Of a DNA stretch of 38,456 nt, positions 1 through 10,829 are shown in pieces (the stretch's first letter is position 1; each line of letters begins with the position of its first letter). This DNA is from Promethearchaeia archaeon (GTDB lineage Archaea; Asgardarchaeota; Lokiarchaeia; Sigyniarchaeales; SOKP01). Location: NCBI GenBank assembly GCA_046483985.1, contig JAWOCD010000042.1:1-38456 (forward strand), written 5' to 3'. The notes below the pieces were generated by a model, which was not told the origin of the DNA, made no database searches, and saw only the letters and a list, made by a program, of their open reading frames with translations. Made by a program: the position numbers and the translations under genes.

Positions 1-1
1 A

Positions 2-616
2 TTAGGTGCCCATACCCTCCAGTATCAAATAAAGACTCATTGGAAAATCTTTTCTAAAGGAAAACATAACTTAAAGGTTAATTGGTCAATAAAAATTCTC
101 AGAGGGCAGATGTACTCGAAGAGAGGGCGCCCTACCAAGGATGAGATAAAACGCGCCTGGAGCGCCTATCACGGTCGGCAATGGCGACAGAACTATGAGA
201 AATATAAAGAATATAAATCGGGAAGAGAAGGAACCGCAGAACTGTTTGTCAATCCCGAAACAGATAAAGTTTCGCTTGGTGCGGGCTCACATGTATGGAT
301 GAGCAAAATGTTAGCACCCGTATTGAAATTGTTTAAGGGAAAATGTATAAGTTCTAATGTGGTAGAGAGCGTTCATTCCCGAATAAAGCGCCATCGCCGT
401 CTTAGAAAACAACAAGACCCGGTTTATCAGCATCAAGAATTTGTATTTCATGCCTACCTCCAAGAGCACGGACATCTTCCTCCGGTATTGCTTCATGGGA
501 AATACTTGTGGAAATATTTAACGAAAAAAAGGAAGCGGGAATGGATCTCATACAAGCTACGCTCTACTGAGCAAAATATGGTCCAGTCCTCGCTGTTGGC
601 GTTTGCACTTTCTTGA
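2..616 (+). mobile_element. C-terminal part of a probable DDE transposase (5'-truncated by the window edge)
   Basis: Frame is open from base 2. The motif SSNVVESVHSRIKR resembles the N-x-x-E...K/R helix carrying the catalytic E of DDE transposases. A possible right end GGTATAATCACC lies at 638-649. Confidence 0.55.
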
Positions 617-679
617 AAATATTTTTATAAAATGAAAGGTATAATCACCAAGAAAAGAGATAAAAAAAATTTAATAATT

Positions 680-3600
680 TTACTTATAGGTTAATTTATA
701 GATAAATCTTATGAGAAAAGCAATAATCCCCGTTATGAACATGCCAAATCCTAGATTCATGAAAAAGACGGCTCTTAATGGATATCCGCCTGCCATGATA
801 AATTGCAACACCGTTGTAAGAAGAATAGCTAATCCGGTTACAATATAGAAAATCAATTGCCACGCTTTGCTTTTAACGATCATCCGTCCGATGCCTTTAA
901 AGAAATATACAATACCATGTGCAATACCAAGTGGAACACTCCATATTATTCTACCGATGGTTTTTAGGACCGATGCCGCTCGTTCACCTATGTGATCTTC
1001 AAACCATATCCTCGCATCATAAAATCCTTCTCTGGATTCGACTAATCGTTGACCGAAATTATCAATTTTCTCCGTTAACCCGTAATAGAATTTTGTTAAT
1101 CTCTCTTTAACCGCTAAGCCCGTTGCTGTTGCTTTCGATTTTCTTCTCATCTGTTCAAGATAATCACCTTTACGAGAATAAATAAGATAGGTGACTACTC
1201 CAATTCCTCCTACAATTGCGATGAAAACCAAAAGTGTCCAAACATTTATCGTAACACTATATTGCCAGGATGCATCAAGACCTATATCTTCGATGTCATT
1301 ATATTCTGTACCAAATTTATCCCATAACTTATAATTTCCTGCTTTATCCTCCGCTCCTAAGACATAATAGACATCGACTAAGAAAGCTTGTCCCGGGATT
1401 TCTCCTTCAAAGGTGTCGGAATTTCCCGATTTCCGTTCAAGGTAAGCTTTATTCCAATTTACTCCCTCATCAACAGAGTATAATATAAATACGCCCTCTT
1501 TATCATCTAACCCAGACCCTGCATCATAGACTGTGGCTTCCATTTTGACAGCACTAAACTGTGGGATCCATTGGGAATATGCATCCTCAAAATCCTTTTC
1601 CACATTACACGTTGGAGCAATATTATCGATAATATAAAAGCTTTCAGTAGCGGTTAAAACATTCTCCTTGACATCATATGTTTCAACAGAAATTGAGATA
1701 TCATCTCCATAACTTAGGTCTAAGTCTTCATCAATTTGAATTGTATATTCGGTCGTTAAATATCCATCCGAAGATTGAAAATCCGACGCTAAGATATGAT
1801 CGTTGTTTATGTCTAATTGAGGAATATCGACGATAACATGAGATAAATCAGCTCCTCTTGGGCTTTCTTCCTCTATTTTTATCCTAAACTTTCCCGTCAA
1901 CCCTAATCCTAGTCCCTCATCGAACAAAAGATCAATTGAAGTCGGTAGAGAGTGGGTGTCTACAACATTGAGGGTATATTCTTTATTATTATTATTATCA
2001 TAACTAAATGTTTGATTTCGATCACTAACAAAAAGTCTATAATGATATGTGGTATCATATGATGCTTTTGGTAATGTAACGGTATATAAATCACCAACAT
2101 CGTGCTCGAGATCTTTTGAAGACCAAGCGCCATCAGGATAATTTTTCGTATAGAGAATTATCGCCTCATCCAAATTCGACTTCGACGATTGATTGTTAAT
2201 TTCAAATGTAAGTTCTAAATCTTCACTGTGTTCCAATTGGTCGGGATTATATCCTGTTGCAGTTATTTCCGGTCTTTTAATGTCAATAGTAAGCAGAGCA
2301 CGGCCTATTCCTGCTAAACCGGTCTGAACATTATATTCTCTATCACCAGAACCATCCCAATAACTATTGCTCACATTAAGTTCTTTATTCATCCACTCTA
2401 AACCGCCAGAAACATATTGACCAATTCGGTTAGAATTATTTATTGCATAATATTTATCTAAAAATTCCAAAGCTCCACTGCCGCCTTGCGAGTAGAAAGG
2501 ATAGTTCCTTTGAGAGGTTGAATACCAGTGAGTGAAAATTTTTCTGTTTGCAATTTTTCGCATTTCTGTTCTGTTTGAGCTTGTTAACCAGTTGGCAATC
2601 AAGGAGGCATTCTGGAGGAAATGTGTATTGGAAGTTTCAACTCCTAAGTCCAGTAAAAAGTCTCCAATTCCACCGTTATAATCCATTCCGGAATAAGCCC
2701 ATCCGTTTCCTATAGTTGCATTCGATTCTGGAAACCATATGGCATTCCCGTAAAAAAGGCTTTCATTATGACTATTATTAATTAACCAATTTGCAGCTCT
2801 TATAGCACATTCCAGATGAGGTTGAGTTGTTTTGTTGTCGACAACTTGGTCAAGTCTTAACAAAAACTTTCCAATGCCTAAGGCTCCATAACGTTGTCCC
2901 AAGAAATAGGTTCCCTTTTGTGACCAAGCACTCTGGTTATTGAGCTTACTTTGCTTATATAGGGTGAAATTTCCGGCCTGAATTGCGCTTTGTAAATAAC
3001 TCTCATTGTTAGTTCCTTCATACATGTCTAAATAATATGTACCTATTCCAGCAGCACCTGTGTAATATGAACTTGAGTTATAATCCTCTCCGCTATAGTC
3101 TATGGTGATATTTAATGAATCCACATTTATTTCATGGTCGGATGAACTTGAACTATTTATCTTTATTTGGAATAATGAATCTGATATAATAAAATCCTCA
3201 AAATTATCAATCGGATGTTCAAATGAGCTTATTGAATCATCTGGTATTTCATCTTCTTGAAGGGGTATCCAAGAATTATTTGAACTTGCATACAGATATA
3301 TACCGGATCCGTCAAGACTTGTATTTGCGCCGATAGTAATTGATATATTTAACTCTGTTATATATTGGGAAATATTCTCTTCATCAGATGGAATTCCGGC
3401 ATCTTCTAAGTCTGTCCAATAATTCGTTTCTGTATAATTCGTATTATCTGTCTGGACATCATAAGTGTTCCCATCGTAGGTATTCAAATTTGAGAGTGAA
3501 GTATCTTCTTTTTCTGTGCCGTTAATAACCTTATTCATTGAGGGATTTGCCATTGCGTTGGTTAACGTAACTTTTTCTTTTTCCCACCATGCCCATCCGT

Positions 3601-4195
3601 TTCCTTCTCCCACAGGCTGAGCAATCTCAGATAAATAATTATCTATCTCTTCGGCGTAGTCTAAATGAGTTTCATTGCCAGTTTCTTTATGTAAATTAAC
3701 AAAAAAACTTCCGATACCAGCAGACCCTTCATAATAACCGGTATAATTGGCTGTATTTCCTTCTAATTTATTAGGCCATTTTCCAGGGTCATATTCACTA
3801 AAATTATTCTCTTTTTGGTAGATTAACCAATCTGCAACATCCACAGCCCATTGTGTGTAGGTATCGTTAGAAGTAGACTGAGCTAATTCTATAAAATATT
3901 GTCCTATCCCTGCAACTCCTTTTTGTCCCAAAATTGAACCAGACTCATTCCATTTATTTTCATTCCATTTATTCCGTAATACTTGTCCTATCTGTTCAGC
4001 AGTAGTTAACTGATCATTGTTAGATGTGTCTGAACTTAAAGGAGTCCCTATAGTTGTAGTATCTTTACTTTTAACTGAGGCTGAACCCACATTTTCATCC
4101 ATCATAGGATTAATGTTTAAAAACGAGAGAAAAATCGGGCTCAAGAATAATATTCCCAGTACAACAGAAAATAGTTTAAGGTTTTTCGAATTCAT
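680..4195 (-). CDS. Secreted/membrane-anchored LanC-like (alpha/alpha toroid) protein with beta-rich domains and C-terminal TM helices
   Basis: N-terminal hydrophobic signal; seven GxxG helix-start repeats (GVAGIG, GSAGIG, GAAGIG, GALGIG, YNGGIG, GGSGAL, GLAGIG); many NxS/T sequons; TM segment WTLLVFIAIVGGIGVVTYLIY plus further C-terminal hydrophobic segments. Confidence 0.6.
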   Translation of the reverse strand: MNSKNLKLFSVVLGILFLSPIFLSFLNINPMMDENVGSASVKSKDTTTIGTPLSSDTSNNDQLTTAEQIGQVLRNKWNENKWNESGSILGQKGVAGIGQYFIELAQSTSNDTYTQWAVDVADWLIYQKENNFSEYDPGKWPNKLEGNTANYTGYYEGSAGIGSFFVNLHKETGNETHLDYAEEIDNYLSEIAQPVGEGNGWAWWEKEKVTLTNAMANPSMNKVINGTEKEDTSLSNLNTYDGNTYDVQTDNTNYTETNYWTDLEDAGIPSDEENISQYITELNISITIGANTSLDGSGIYLYASSNNSWIPLQEDEIPDDSISSFEHPIDNFEDFIISDSLFQIKINSSSSSDHEINVDSLNITIDYSGEDYNSSSYYTGAAGIGTYYLDMYEGTNNESYLQSAIQAGNFTLYKQSKLNNQSAWSQKGTYFLGQRYGALGIGKFLLRLDQVVDNKTTQPHLECAIRAANWLINNSHNESLFYGNAIWFPESNATIGNGWAYSGMDYNGGIGDFLLDLGVETSNTHFLQNASLIANWLTSSNRTEMRKIANRKIFTHWYSTSQRNYPFYSQGGSGALEFLDKYYAINNSNRIGQYVSGGLEWMNKELNVSNSYWDGSGDREYNVQTGLAGIGRALLTIDIKRPEITATGYNPDQLEHSEDLELTFEINNQSSKSNLDEAIILYTKNYPDGAWSSKDLEHDVGDLYTVTLPKASYDTTYHYRLFVSDRNQTFSYDNNNNKEYTLNVVDTHSLPTSIDLLFDEGLGLGLTGKFRIKIEEESPRGADLSHVIVDIPQLDINNDHILASDFQSSDGYLTTEYTIQIDEDLDLSYGDDISISVETYDVKENVLTATESFYIIDNIAPTCNVEKDFEDAYSQWIPQFSAVKMEATVYDAGSGLDDKEGVFILYSVDEGVNWNKAYLERKSGNSDTFEGEIPGQAFLVDVYYVLGAEDKAGNYKLWDKFGTEYNDIEDIGLDASWQYSVTINVWTLLVFIAIVGGIGVVTYLIYSRKGDYLEQMRRKSKATATGLAVKERLTKFYYGLTEKIDNFGQRLVESREGFYDARIWFEDHIGERAASVLKTIGRIIWSVPLGIAHGIVYFFKGIGRMIVKSKAWQLIFYIVTGLAILLTTVLQFIMAGGYPLRAVFFMNLGFGMFITGIIAFLIRFIYKLTYK

Positions 4196-4345
4196 ATTGA
4201 AACCTATTTTTTCATTTTTATTAATAGAGTTTTAAATTAAATATAATAACATATTTCATTTAAATCAATATAAATTTTTATTTATGCCTTCACTAAAAGA
4301 ACATTTTCCTAATTTGAAAGTATATTAAAATTTTAATATAAGTCT

Positions 4346-4882
4346 TTAATAAAGACTCTTCCCATGGGTATCTTGAGCAACGATTAGGGGACCAAAGTTC
4401 CTTACCTTTAGGAACCATACGGCTTCACATAAACCAAGATCTTTCCACTCGACATGCTTAATCTTTTCAATTTTCTGATTGATAATTGCTCCACACCCTC
4501 CGGTATAACTTAAATATGCCACTTGAAGCTCCTTTGTTTTCAGATTGCGCATCCCTCCTTTACCGATAATGAATCGGATATCAAGTTGTTTAATGACTTC
4601 ATTTTCTAACTCGTCCATCCTCTGACTGGTCGTTGGACCTCCGGATACTATCCGATAATGACCCTGTTTTTCTTCAATAATAGGTCCGCAGTGATAAATT
4701 GCGCAACCTTTTAAACTATAGAATGACTCTGGCAACTTTTTTCCTTGATTTTTATACTCAATAATCCGTTTATGTACTTGATCTCGGGCGGTTACTACCT
4801 TGCCGGTTAGGTAGATGATATCTCCAACCTTTAAGGGAGATAAGTCCTTCTTTTCAATAGGTAAGGATAGATTATATTCCAT
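4346..4882 (-). CDS. Fe-S fumarate hydratase/tartrate dehydratase beta subunit
   Basis: Motifs LKVGDIIYLTG, TARD, HCGP, GPTTSQRM, IGKGG, FGPLIVAQD; overlaps the alpha subunit gene. Confidence 0.92.
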   Translation of the reverse strand: MEYNLSLPIEKKDLSPLKVGDIIYLTGKVVTARDQVHKRIIEYKNQGKKLPESFYSLKGCAIYHCGPIIEEKQGHYRIVSGGPTTSQRMDELENEVIKQLDIRFIIGKGGMRNLKTKELQVAYLSYTGGCGAIINQKIEKIKHVEWKDLGLCEAVWFLKVRNFGPLIVAQDTHGKSLY

Positions 4883-5759
4883 ATTTGATTTCTCCTTTTT
4901 GATTTATTTTTAATGAAGCAATTCGGTGTGAATAACATTGCACAATAAGCCCTACAGGATAAGAGGCCGGGTGTCTCATGGCTACTTCAATACGGGCATC
5001 TAAACACGTCACGTTTCCGCCCAACCCCATGACTCCGATATTTAGGTTATTTATGCTTTTTATCAAATTCCTTTCTATCTTTGCTACATCGGCTCGAGGA
5101 TTCCTAGAATCCAATGGTCTTAACAAAGCTTTTTTAGCTAAAGTCATACACTTAGAAGCATCACCCCCTAATCCAATTCCTAATATAATAGGCGGACACG
5201 GCATTCCACCAGCATTTTTAATGGTTTCCAGTATTTTCTCTTGAAAAATTTCAAACCCATTCGATGGATTTAACATAAATAGTTTTGAAATGTTTTCCGC
5301 GCCACCCCCTTTCGCTAGAACAGTTATTTTTAAATCAGATGAATCTTCTATGATATTAAGATAAATGGGCGGAACATTTATTCCAAGGTTATTTTCTGGG
5401 TTCTCATTAGTGATGGGATCCACACTATTCCCCCTCAAAGGAATGGTTTCATTCGCTTTTTTGACCGAATCCTCGATTATTTCTTGAAAATTAGAGATAA
5501 TTGGGAACCCACTCCCTAATTCAATAAAAAAATTCAATACCCCTGTATCTTGACAAATAGGAATCTCATTCCTAGCACCGTATTTGAAATTTTTTAATAT
5601 GAGTTCCAATTGTTTTTTTGCAATCCCATTAGATTCTCGTTTTTTAAGAGTTTTTAAACGATTAATTATATCTTGGGGTGCTCGAGTCACTGCCTCCTTT
5701 ATAATCTTAATAAGTCCGATTTTTATGGTATTCTCTAATTCTTCTTTTTTTTTCTGCAT
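4872..5759 (-). CDS. Fe-S fumarate hydratase/tartrate dehydratase alpha subunit
   Basis: Motifs PICQDTG, KGGGAEN, PCPP, GVMGLGG, RHPAS, QCY. Confidence 0.92.
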   Translation of the reverse strand: MQKKKEELENTIKIGLIKIIKEAVTRAPQDIINRLKTLKKRESNGIAKKQLELILKNFKYGARNEIPICQDTGVLNFFIELGSGFPIISNFQEIIEDSVKKANETIPLRGNSVDPITNENPENNLGINVPPIYLNIIEDSSDLKITVLAKGGGAENISKLFMLNPSNGFEIFQEKILETIKNAGGMPCPPIILGIGLGGDASKCMTLAKKALLRPLDSRNPRADVAKIERNLIKSINNLNIGVMGLGGNVTCLDARIEVAMRHPASYPVGLIVQCYSHRIASLKINQKGEIKYGI

Positions 5760-5835
5760 AAAATTCTAAAAACTTTTATTGATTTGCTCTAATAGATATA
5801 TAGATAATTGAATAATAAATATAATACATTATGGG

Positions 5836-7782
5836 TTGAAATTGGTTAATTTGGTTAATGCGGACCTCGAAAATATTGTGAATATTATTGAAACTAAATT
5901 AAAAGAGGAGAAATTTAATCTGAAAACCCAAAAGAGAATTTTCGAGAATGTGCTTAAGAATAAACCCAAAATTTTCGAGGCCTTTCGAAACGAGGTTCAG
6001 AGTTTCTGGAATCAATTTCGAGCTAAAAATAAGAATTATGTGATTAAGAAAACCTACACATCCTTCTTTTATTCTCGTTTTCAAGAGATTTTTGGCCAAT
6101 ATTTATCCCAATTTTTTGGCTTTGATAAGACATCTTTAGAATTAAAGAGTAAGGAAAAATTATCAGAAAAAACACTCTTATTGGAATTTAAGTATGAAAT
6201 ATCTTCCTATGAAGTTAAATTATTTAACGATCTTTCCGACAGGATCCAAGACTCGTTTCATGGTCTTGAATTTTTTATCGGTTTTTTATTCTATATTACT
6301 TCAATTTTTGGGATGAGTATCCGGGAGATCTTAGACAGAAAAATATTTATTGTTCTTGATGGAGCGATATTTAATCACCATCAGGATAGAACCACTTTGG
6401 ATTTTTTAATCGTCGTCAAAGAAGGTAAGGATGAAGTTTATGAAAATTACATAAAGATGGCTCTATTTTACTTCTTAAAAAAAATTAAAAAGACCCCGAA
6501 AAAGTTTTGCAATAATCTTTTGGAAGGCAGAGAGAGATTATATCAGATAGCTCAAGAAAATTATAAAAACGTTAAGGAAGAACTGGCAAATTTATTGTAT
6601 TATTTCTATAAAAAATGTAAGCTTCTTAATAACATCTCACCGATTTTAGACTTCCTTAACTTTGTGGGTTCAAGGGTGGAAGATTCAAAATTTTCCAAGG
6701 CAGAGATAATCAAATCTGAATTTTTAGCAAACTTTGAATACACCATGGAAAAAAAAAACTCTATCCTTCGCATTTTTGATTTTCTGGATAAAAAATCATC
6801 TTTATATTGTACATTTCAAGCTAATAACCTTCCTTCAGCAAAACTCCAGTTAGAATTATTTCTTCTGTATATGACATATTATTTTGGGAGTGGTCTTGAA
6901 GCATTGGAGTTAGGTCACCTTCTTTATTTACCAGACGTTTTTAAAGAAGCGTTAAATGAATTTAATCAAGCGGATTCTCATGCCCCTATTGGTTCAAAAA
7001 CCATCAGTGATATTAATCAGTTTATTAACTTTTTCTCTACTTTAGCTAATTCTAATTACATTAACTTTTTTTTTGAGAAGATATTTGACCGCTCAGTATA
7101 TGACTTAAATTATTGGTTTTTTCGTACTTTTTTAAAAAGTTTCAATAAGAAACTCAGACAAATCATCGAAGAGGAAAATGAAATTCTGGCAGACAATCCT
7201 CATAATTCTCCTTTAACATTTGATAATATATTAGGTCACACTTGTCGCATTATTTATACATTAATTGAAAAAATATTTCTCAAAGAAGATCCAGAAAAGG
7301 CCTCTGAGAATTTTCACGACCCGCATGGTAGATATATCGGAAAAAATATAGCTTTAAGAGTTTTGGAAATACAAATGTTTCAAGATATTAATTTTTCTGA
7401 TGATATTTGGCCAGAATATCTCCTCACAATAAATAAAGATCATATTAATGAGGACATCCAGGAATATGAAGACTTTCAAATTCCCGAAAAACATTTTTAT
7501 TCAACTCAAGACCTTGTTCGCTTCCTAATCACCTATAATTTCAAATCTTCTTCAATTGAATCCTATTTTGAGGAGTGGTTTATCAAATTTCTCATTAATC
7601 CTTTGAATGAATTTATTCTATCAATAAAAAATAAGGTGGAAGATCCAGAAAATAAAATCGAGGTCTATGAAGCATTAATTGATTATTTTATGAAAGATCT
7701 GGATCAACAAGATGAAGAAAAGATAAAGGAAATTAAGAATATCTCTCAGAAATTAGCGCCGTATTGGAAATTAATCGCTTAA
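5836..7782 (+). CDS. Hypothetical helical protein (648 aa)
   Basis: Long ORF filling the space between neighbours; no recognised motif. Confidence 0.75.
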   Translation: MKLVNLVNADLENIVNIIETKLKEEKFNLKTQKRIFENVLKNKPKIFEAFRNEVQSFWNQFRAKNKNYVIKKTYTSFFYSRFQEIFGQYLSQFFGFDKTSLELKSKEKLSEKTLLLEFKYEISSYEVKLFNDLSDRIQDSFHGLEFFIGFLFYITSIFGMSIREILDRKIFIVLDGAIFNHHQDRTTLDFLIVVKEGKDEVYENYIKMALFYFLKKIKKTPKKFCNNLLEGRERLYQIAQENYKNVKEELANLLYYFYKKCKLLNNISPILDFLNFVGSRVEDSKFSKAEIIKSEFLANFEYTMEKKNSILRIFDFLDKKSSLYCTFQANNLPSAKLQLELFLLYMTYYFGSGLEALELGHLLYLPDVFKEALNEFNQADSHAPIGSKTISDINQFINFFSTLANSNYINFFFEKIFDRSVYDLNYWFFRTFLKSFNKKLRQIIEEENEILADNPHNSPLTFDNILGHTCRIIYTLIEKIFLKEDPEKASENFHDPHGRYIGKNIALRVLEIQMFQDINFSDDIWPEYLLTINKDHINEDIQEYEDFQIPEKHFYSTQDLVRFLITYNFKSSSIESYFEEWFIKFLINPLNEFILSIKNKVEDPENKIEVYEALIDYFMKDLDQQDEEKIKEIKNISQKLAPYWKLIA

Positions 7783-8271
7783 ACCTAATAGGTCAAAGAA
7801 TGGCTCGGGATCCTTATCAATATCGATAATCGGGAAATCTCCATACCGTTCTCTATTTCCCCTTGTGATTAATCCGGAAATTACTTTTGTGCTCCTTGTT
7901 ATTTGTTCTTCTATTTTTTCCACTTTTCTGACGCACAATACGGTCGGCACTTCTAGATCCCTAAAACCTTCTGCAATGAAAATATCTACTGGAAATGGTC
8001 CATTTCCAATCCACTGTTCCAACTTCTCAATACTCAGATCCTTTTTAACAAAAATCGTTGTTTCTCCGTGAATGTTCTTAGTTATAGAAAAATTTGCCCC
8101 AGCTTCTCCATATCTGTGGGTATCTTTTCCCTCCGTATCCATTTGGTGGAGATGAATATTTTTAACAACCGCACTCTTCAGATTAAACCTTTCTTCCAGG
8201 AGAGAAATTAAAGTTTCAATAATATAGGTCTTTCCAGACCCACTTAATCCGATAAAGTTTATCTTTTTCAT
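7771..8271 (-). CDS. mobB: Molybdopterin-guanine dinucleotide biosynthesis protein B
   Basis: P-loop GLSGSGKT; motifs DTEGKDTHR..AGA and DIFIAEGF. Confidence 0.9.
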   Translation of the reverse strand: MKKINFIGLSGSGKTYIIETLISLLEERFNLKSAVVKNIHLHQMDTEGKDTHRYGEAGANFSITKNIHGETTIFVKKDLSIEKLEQWIGNGPFPVDIFIAEGFRDLEVPTVLCVRKVEKIEEQITRSTKVISGLITRGNRERYGDFPIIDIDKDPEPFFDLLGLSD

Positions 8272-8360
8272 TTCTTGCTTTACCTTATTTTTTCGTCTTC
8301 AAATATAAATAATTATGGAGATTTATTTATTTATTGCAAAAAAGATATATATATGAAAAT

Positions 8361-10346
8361 ATGTCCCAACAAAAGTATAAAGAAAAGATCGTATTTGATG
8401 CAAATTTCTTTATTTGCATGCTTTCCATTAAGGCACGTAATATCTTATTTAATCTTCATAGAGCAGCCGAGGATCTTGGCTATGATTATCATATCTCAAA
8501 TATGGTATTTGATGAGATCAAAGCTTCTCAAAAATTTAAACAAGATTTTCAAAAATATATTAATATTGATGATATAAATGATGAGGAAATAGAGAAGATT
8601 AAAGAAGATCTCTTGAAATTCAATATTCGATTTCCCGCCCAAGACCCCGATGTGTCATTGATTGTGCTTGGCGATCATTTATTGAAGGAGAATGATGCTT
8701 CAGTACATCTTGTTACTGATGATTTTAAATTGGCAAAAAATACAAATCTTCTCTATAAAGGAAAGATAAATATATTGTCGTTATCCAGTTTTCTTTTAAA
8801 AGTTCAGCGAGGTATAACGAAAAAACAAATGAGGAACTATTTTAAGAATGTTTGGAAAAATAGTTTAAATTATACATTATCCTATATGATAGAGCGATCA
8901 AAACGATATCCGGCTGAAGATAAAATTACGTGGTTAATCGAACGAGCAGTTTCTGTAACTGAAGACTCGATAATCTCTCAAGATATTGAGATTCAGAATC
9001 CTGCCATGCAATTTTGTATTGGATCAGGTAAATATGCGGAAGAATTTGAAATTGCGGAAAAATATATCGAAAATCAACCTCTTCCCCCAAGTGAAGAGGA
9101 GGAAATTCAAAATCTCACTAATTTTTTGGAAAATTTAAAGATCTCTAGAGAATATTTAAAACGGGCGAAAGATGCAATAATTAAAAGTCAAACTAAGGAT
9201 TCTATACGATTTTTAAAAAAAGGGAATGGGTTTCTTGTTTCTTTACTTCAAATTTGTTCGGGGCAATTAGGGAATCAAAAAGATTATGAAATAATGGAGT
9301 CATTAATTTGTTCAGAAATCTCCAAAATGGAATTTTTACGGGCATTTCTCCTTGTATCATTGGGAAAAATTAGTAGATCCATTGATTCGCTGGAACGGGC
9401 CGCCTTATTTTCGACAATTATTCACAATTATCAAACTTGTCTTATCCTGAATTATTTAAAAGCTTTAATTTTATTATTCCACGGCTTATATAAACAAGCG
9501 ATTATGCAATATAACTTTACTGAAGAATTAGCTGATCTCTATAAAGATGATAAACTTGACCTTAAATGCAAAATAGGAAAAGCTATAACTATGTATATTC
9601 AAGGAGATCAAAGAGATGTGGCCCAAAATATCATGGAAGAGATTTCCACTATGGATCTGGAAGATAATTTTTTAGATGCCATCATTGTCTTTAGCGAGTT
9701 GGGGGATTATTTTCTGGCATTGGGCCATTCTCAGATAGCAACTAATCTTTATAATGAAGCCTTAGAAATTGCGATTGATTATAAATTGGACTTTAAGACC
9801 GAGATTTTAATTGGTAAATTAAAACGCTCCTACATAGCAACAGTTTTGGACGGATATTCAACTGAAGATATGATGAGTGATAAAATAAATCTCCTGCTCG
9901 ATAAGGCATATTCAGTAAAGGATGTTGATAAATATAATGAGCAAATTAAAAAGATTGGAAGTTTTAATCAGTTATTATATACGGACTTTCCCTATTTAAT
10001 CGGAAAAGACAAAATTATTTCATATAAGGATATGCCTGAAGGTTTGCAAGAAGAATATTTAGAAGTTGTAAAATTTGAGAAATTAAACGAAGACAAAATC
10101 TTATTTATAATTTCACATTATGAACTTGGGCTTTTGGGAATTAAATTGAGAACTAAACAAAGAATTACTGGGGTTGCAGAAAATTATTCTTTAAAAATAA
10201 AACCGACCGCCCGAATAAAAATTTATGAGCCTACTCCGGAATCGAGAGAATTATACCTTATTAGAGCAGTTGTGGAAATCCTAAACTCCGAAACTTGTGA
10301 AATAAAATATAGTCTTCCCTCATTTTTTGAATCAATGAATCTTTAG
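8361..10346 (+). CDS. PIN-domain nuclease fused to TPR-like repeats
   Basis: PIN motifs IVFDANFFI, VFDEI, DPDVSLI, LVTDDFKLA; helical TPR-like repeats (ELGDYFLALG...YNEALEIA). ATG at 8361 preferred over TTG at 8334. Confidence 0.7.
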   Translation: MSQQKYKEKIVFDANFFICMLSIKARNILFNLHRAAEDLGYDYHISNMVFDEIKASQKFKQDFQKYINIDDINDEEIEKIKEDLLKFNIRFPAQDPDVSLIVLGDHLLKENDASVHLVTDDFKLAKNTNLLYKGKINILSLSSFLLKVQRGITKKQMRNYFKNVWKNSLNYTLSYMIERSKRYPAEDKITWLIERAVSVTEDSIISQDIEIQNPAMQFCIGSGKYAEEFEIAEKYIENQPLPPSEEEEIQNLTNFLENLKISREYLKRAKDAIIKSQTKDSIRFLKKGNGFLVSLLQICSGQLGNQKDYEIMESLICSEISKMEFLRAFLLVSLGKISRSIDSLERAALFSTIIHNYQTCLILNYLKALILLFHGLYKQAIMQYNFTEELADLYKDDKLDLKCKIGKAITMYIQGDQRDVAQNIMEEISTMDLEDNFLDAIIVFSELGDYFLALGHSQIATNLYNEALEIAIDYKLDFKTEILIGKLKRSYIATVLDGYSTEDMMSDKINLLLDKAYSVKDVDKYNEQIKKIGSFNQLLYTDFPYLIGKDKIISYKDMPEGLQEEYLEVVKFEKLNEDKILFIISHYELGLLGIKLRTKQRITGVAENYSLKIKPTARIKIYEPTPESRELYLIRAVVEILNSETCEIKYSLPSFFESMNL

Positions 10347-10428
10347 AATGTAGAATAGGCTCTTTTCGCTTTTAAAACTTAAAACAAAATAAGGAGACGT
10401 TAAAAAATTAATTTTTCTTTTATCCCAA

Positions 10429-10710
10429 TCAGTGACGATGATTATCTCTTTTTGATTTTGCGCGTTGAGAAATTTGACCACTATGAATTGCGCATGAAAT
10501 GCAATAATATTTTCGCGTTGATCCACCTAAAATAATTGTCCCTTGATCTTTCAGTTCATGATACATTCTTGAATCAACTAAGCGAGTACGTCGGGTCACT
10601 TTCTTAGCCTTACTTCGAGGGATAACACGACCACATTTAGCGCACTGTACAGTTTGGTGAGATCCTTTGCTTGAACCCGTTTTTCCGCCAGACTTGCGTT
10701 TCTTAGCCAT
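10429..10710 (-). CDS. rps26e: Ribosomal protein eS26
   Basis: MAKKRKSGG; VQCAKCGRVIPRSKAKK; YCISCAIH zinc site. Confidence 0.95.
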   Translation of the reverse strand: MAKKRKSGGKTGSSKGSHQTVQCAKCGRVIPRSKAKKVTRRTRLVDSRMYHELKDQGTIILGGSTRKYYCISCAIHSGQISQRAKSKRDNHRH

Positions 10711-10829
10711 TTTAAGTCTCTAACCTCCTTTTTTTATAATTTTTTTAATACCAAATCCTATATAAGTAATAAGAAAACAACCCTAAATAATTTATTTTTT
10801 ATGAGATAAAATTTTTTTGTTCTTGTTTT

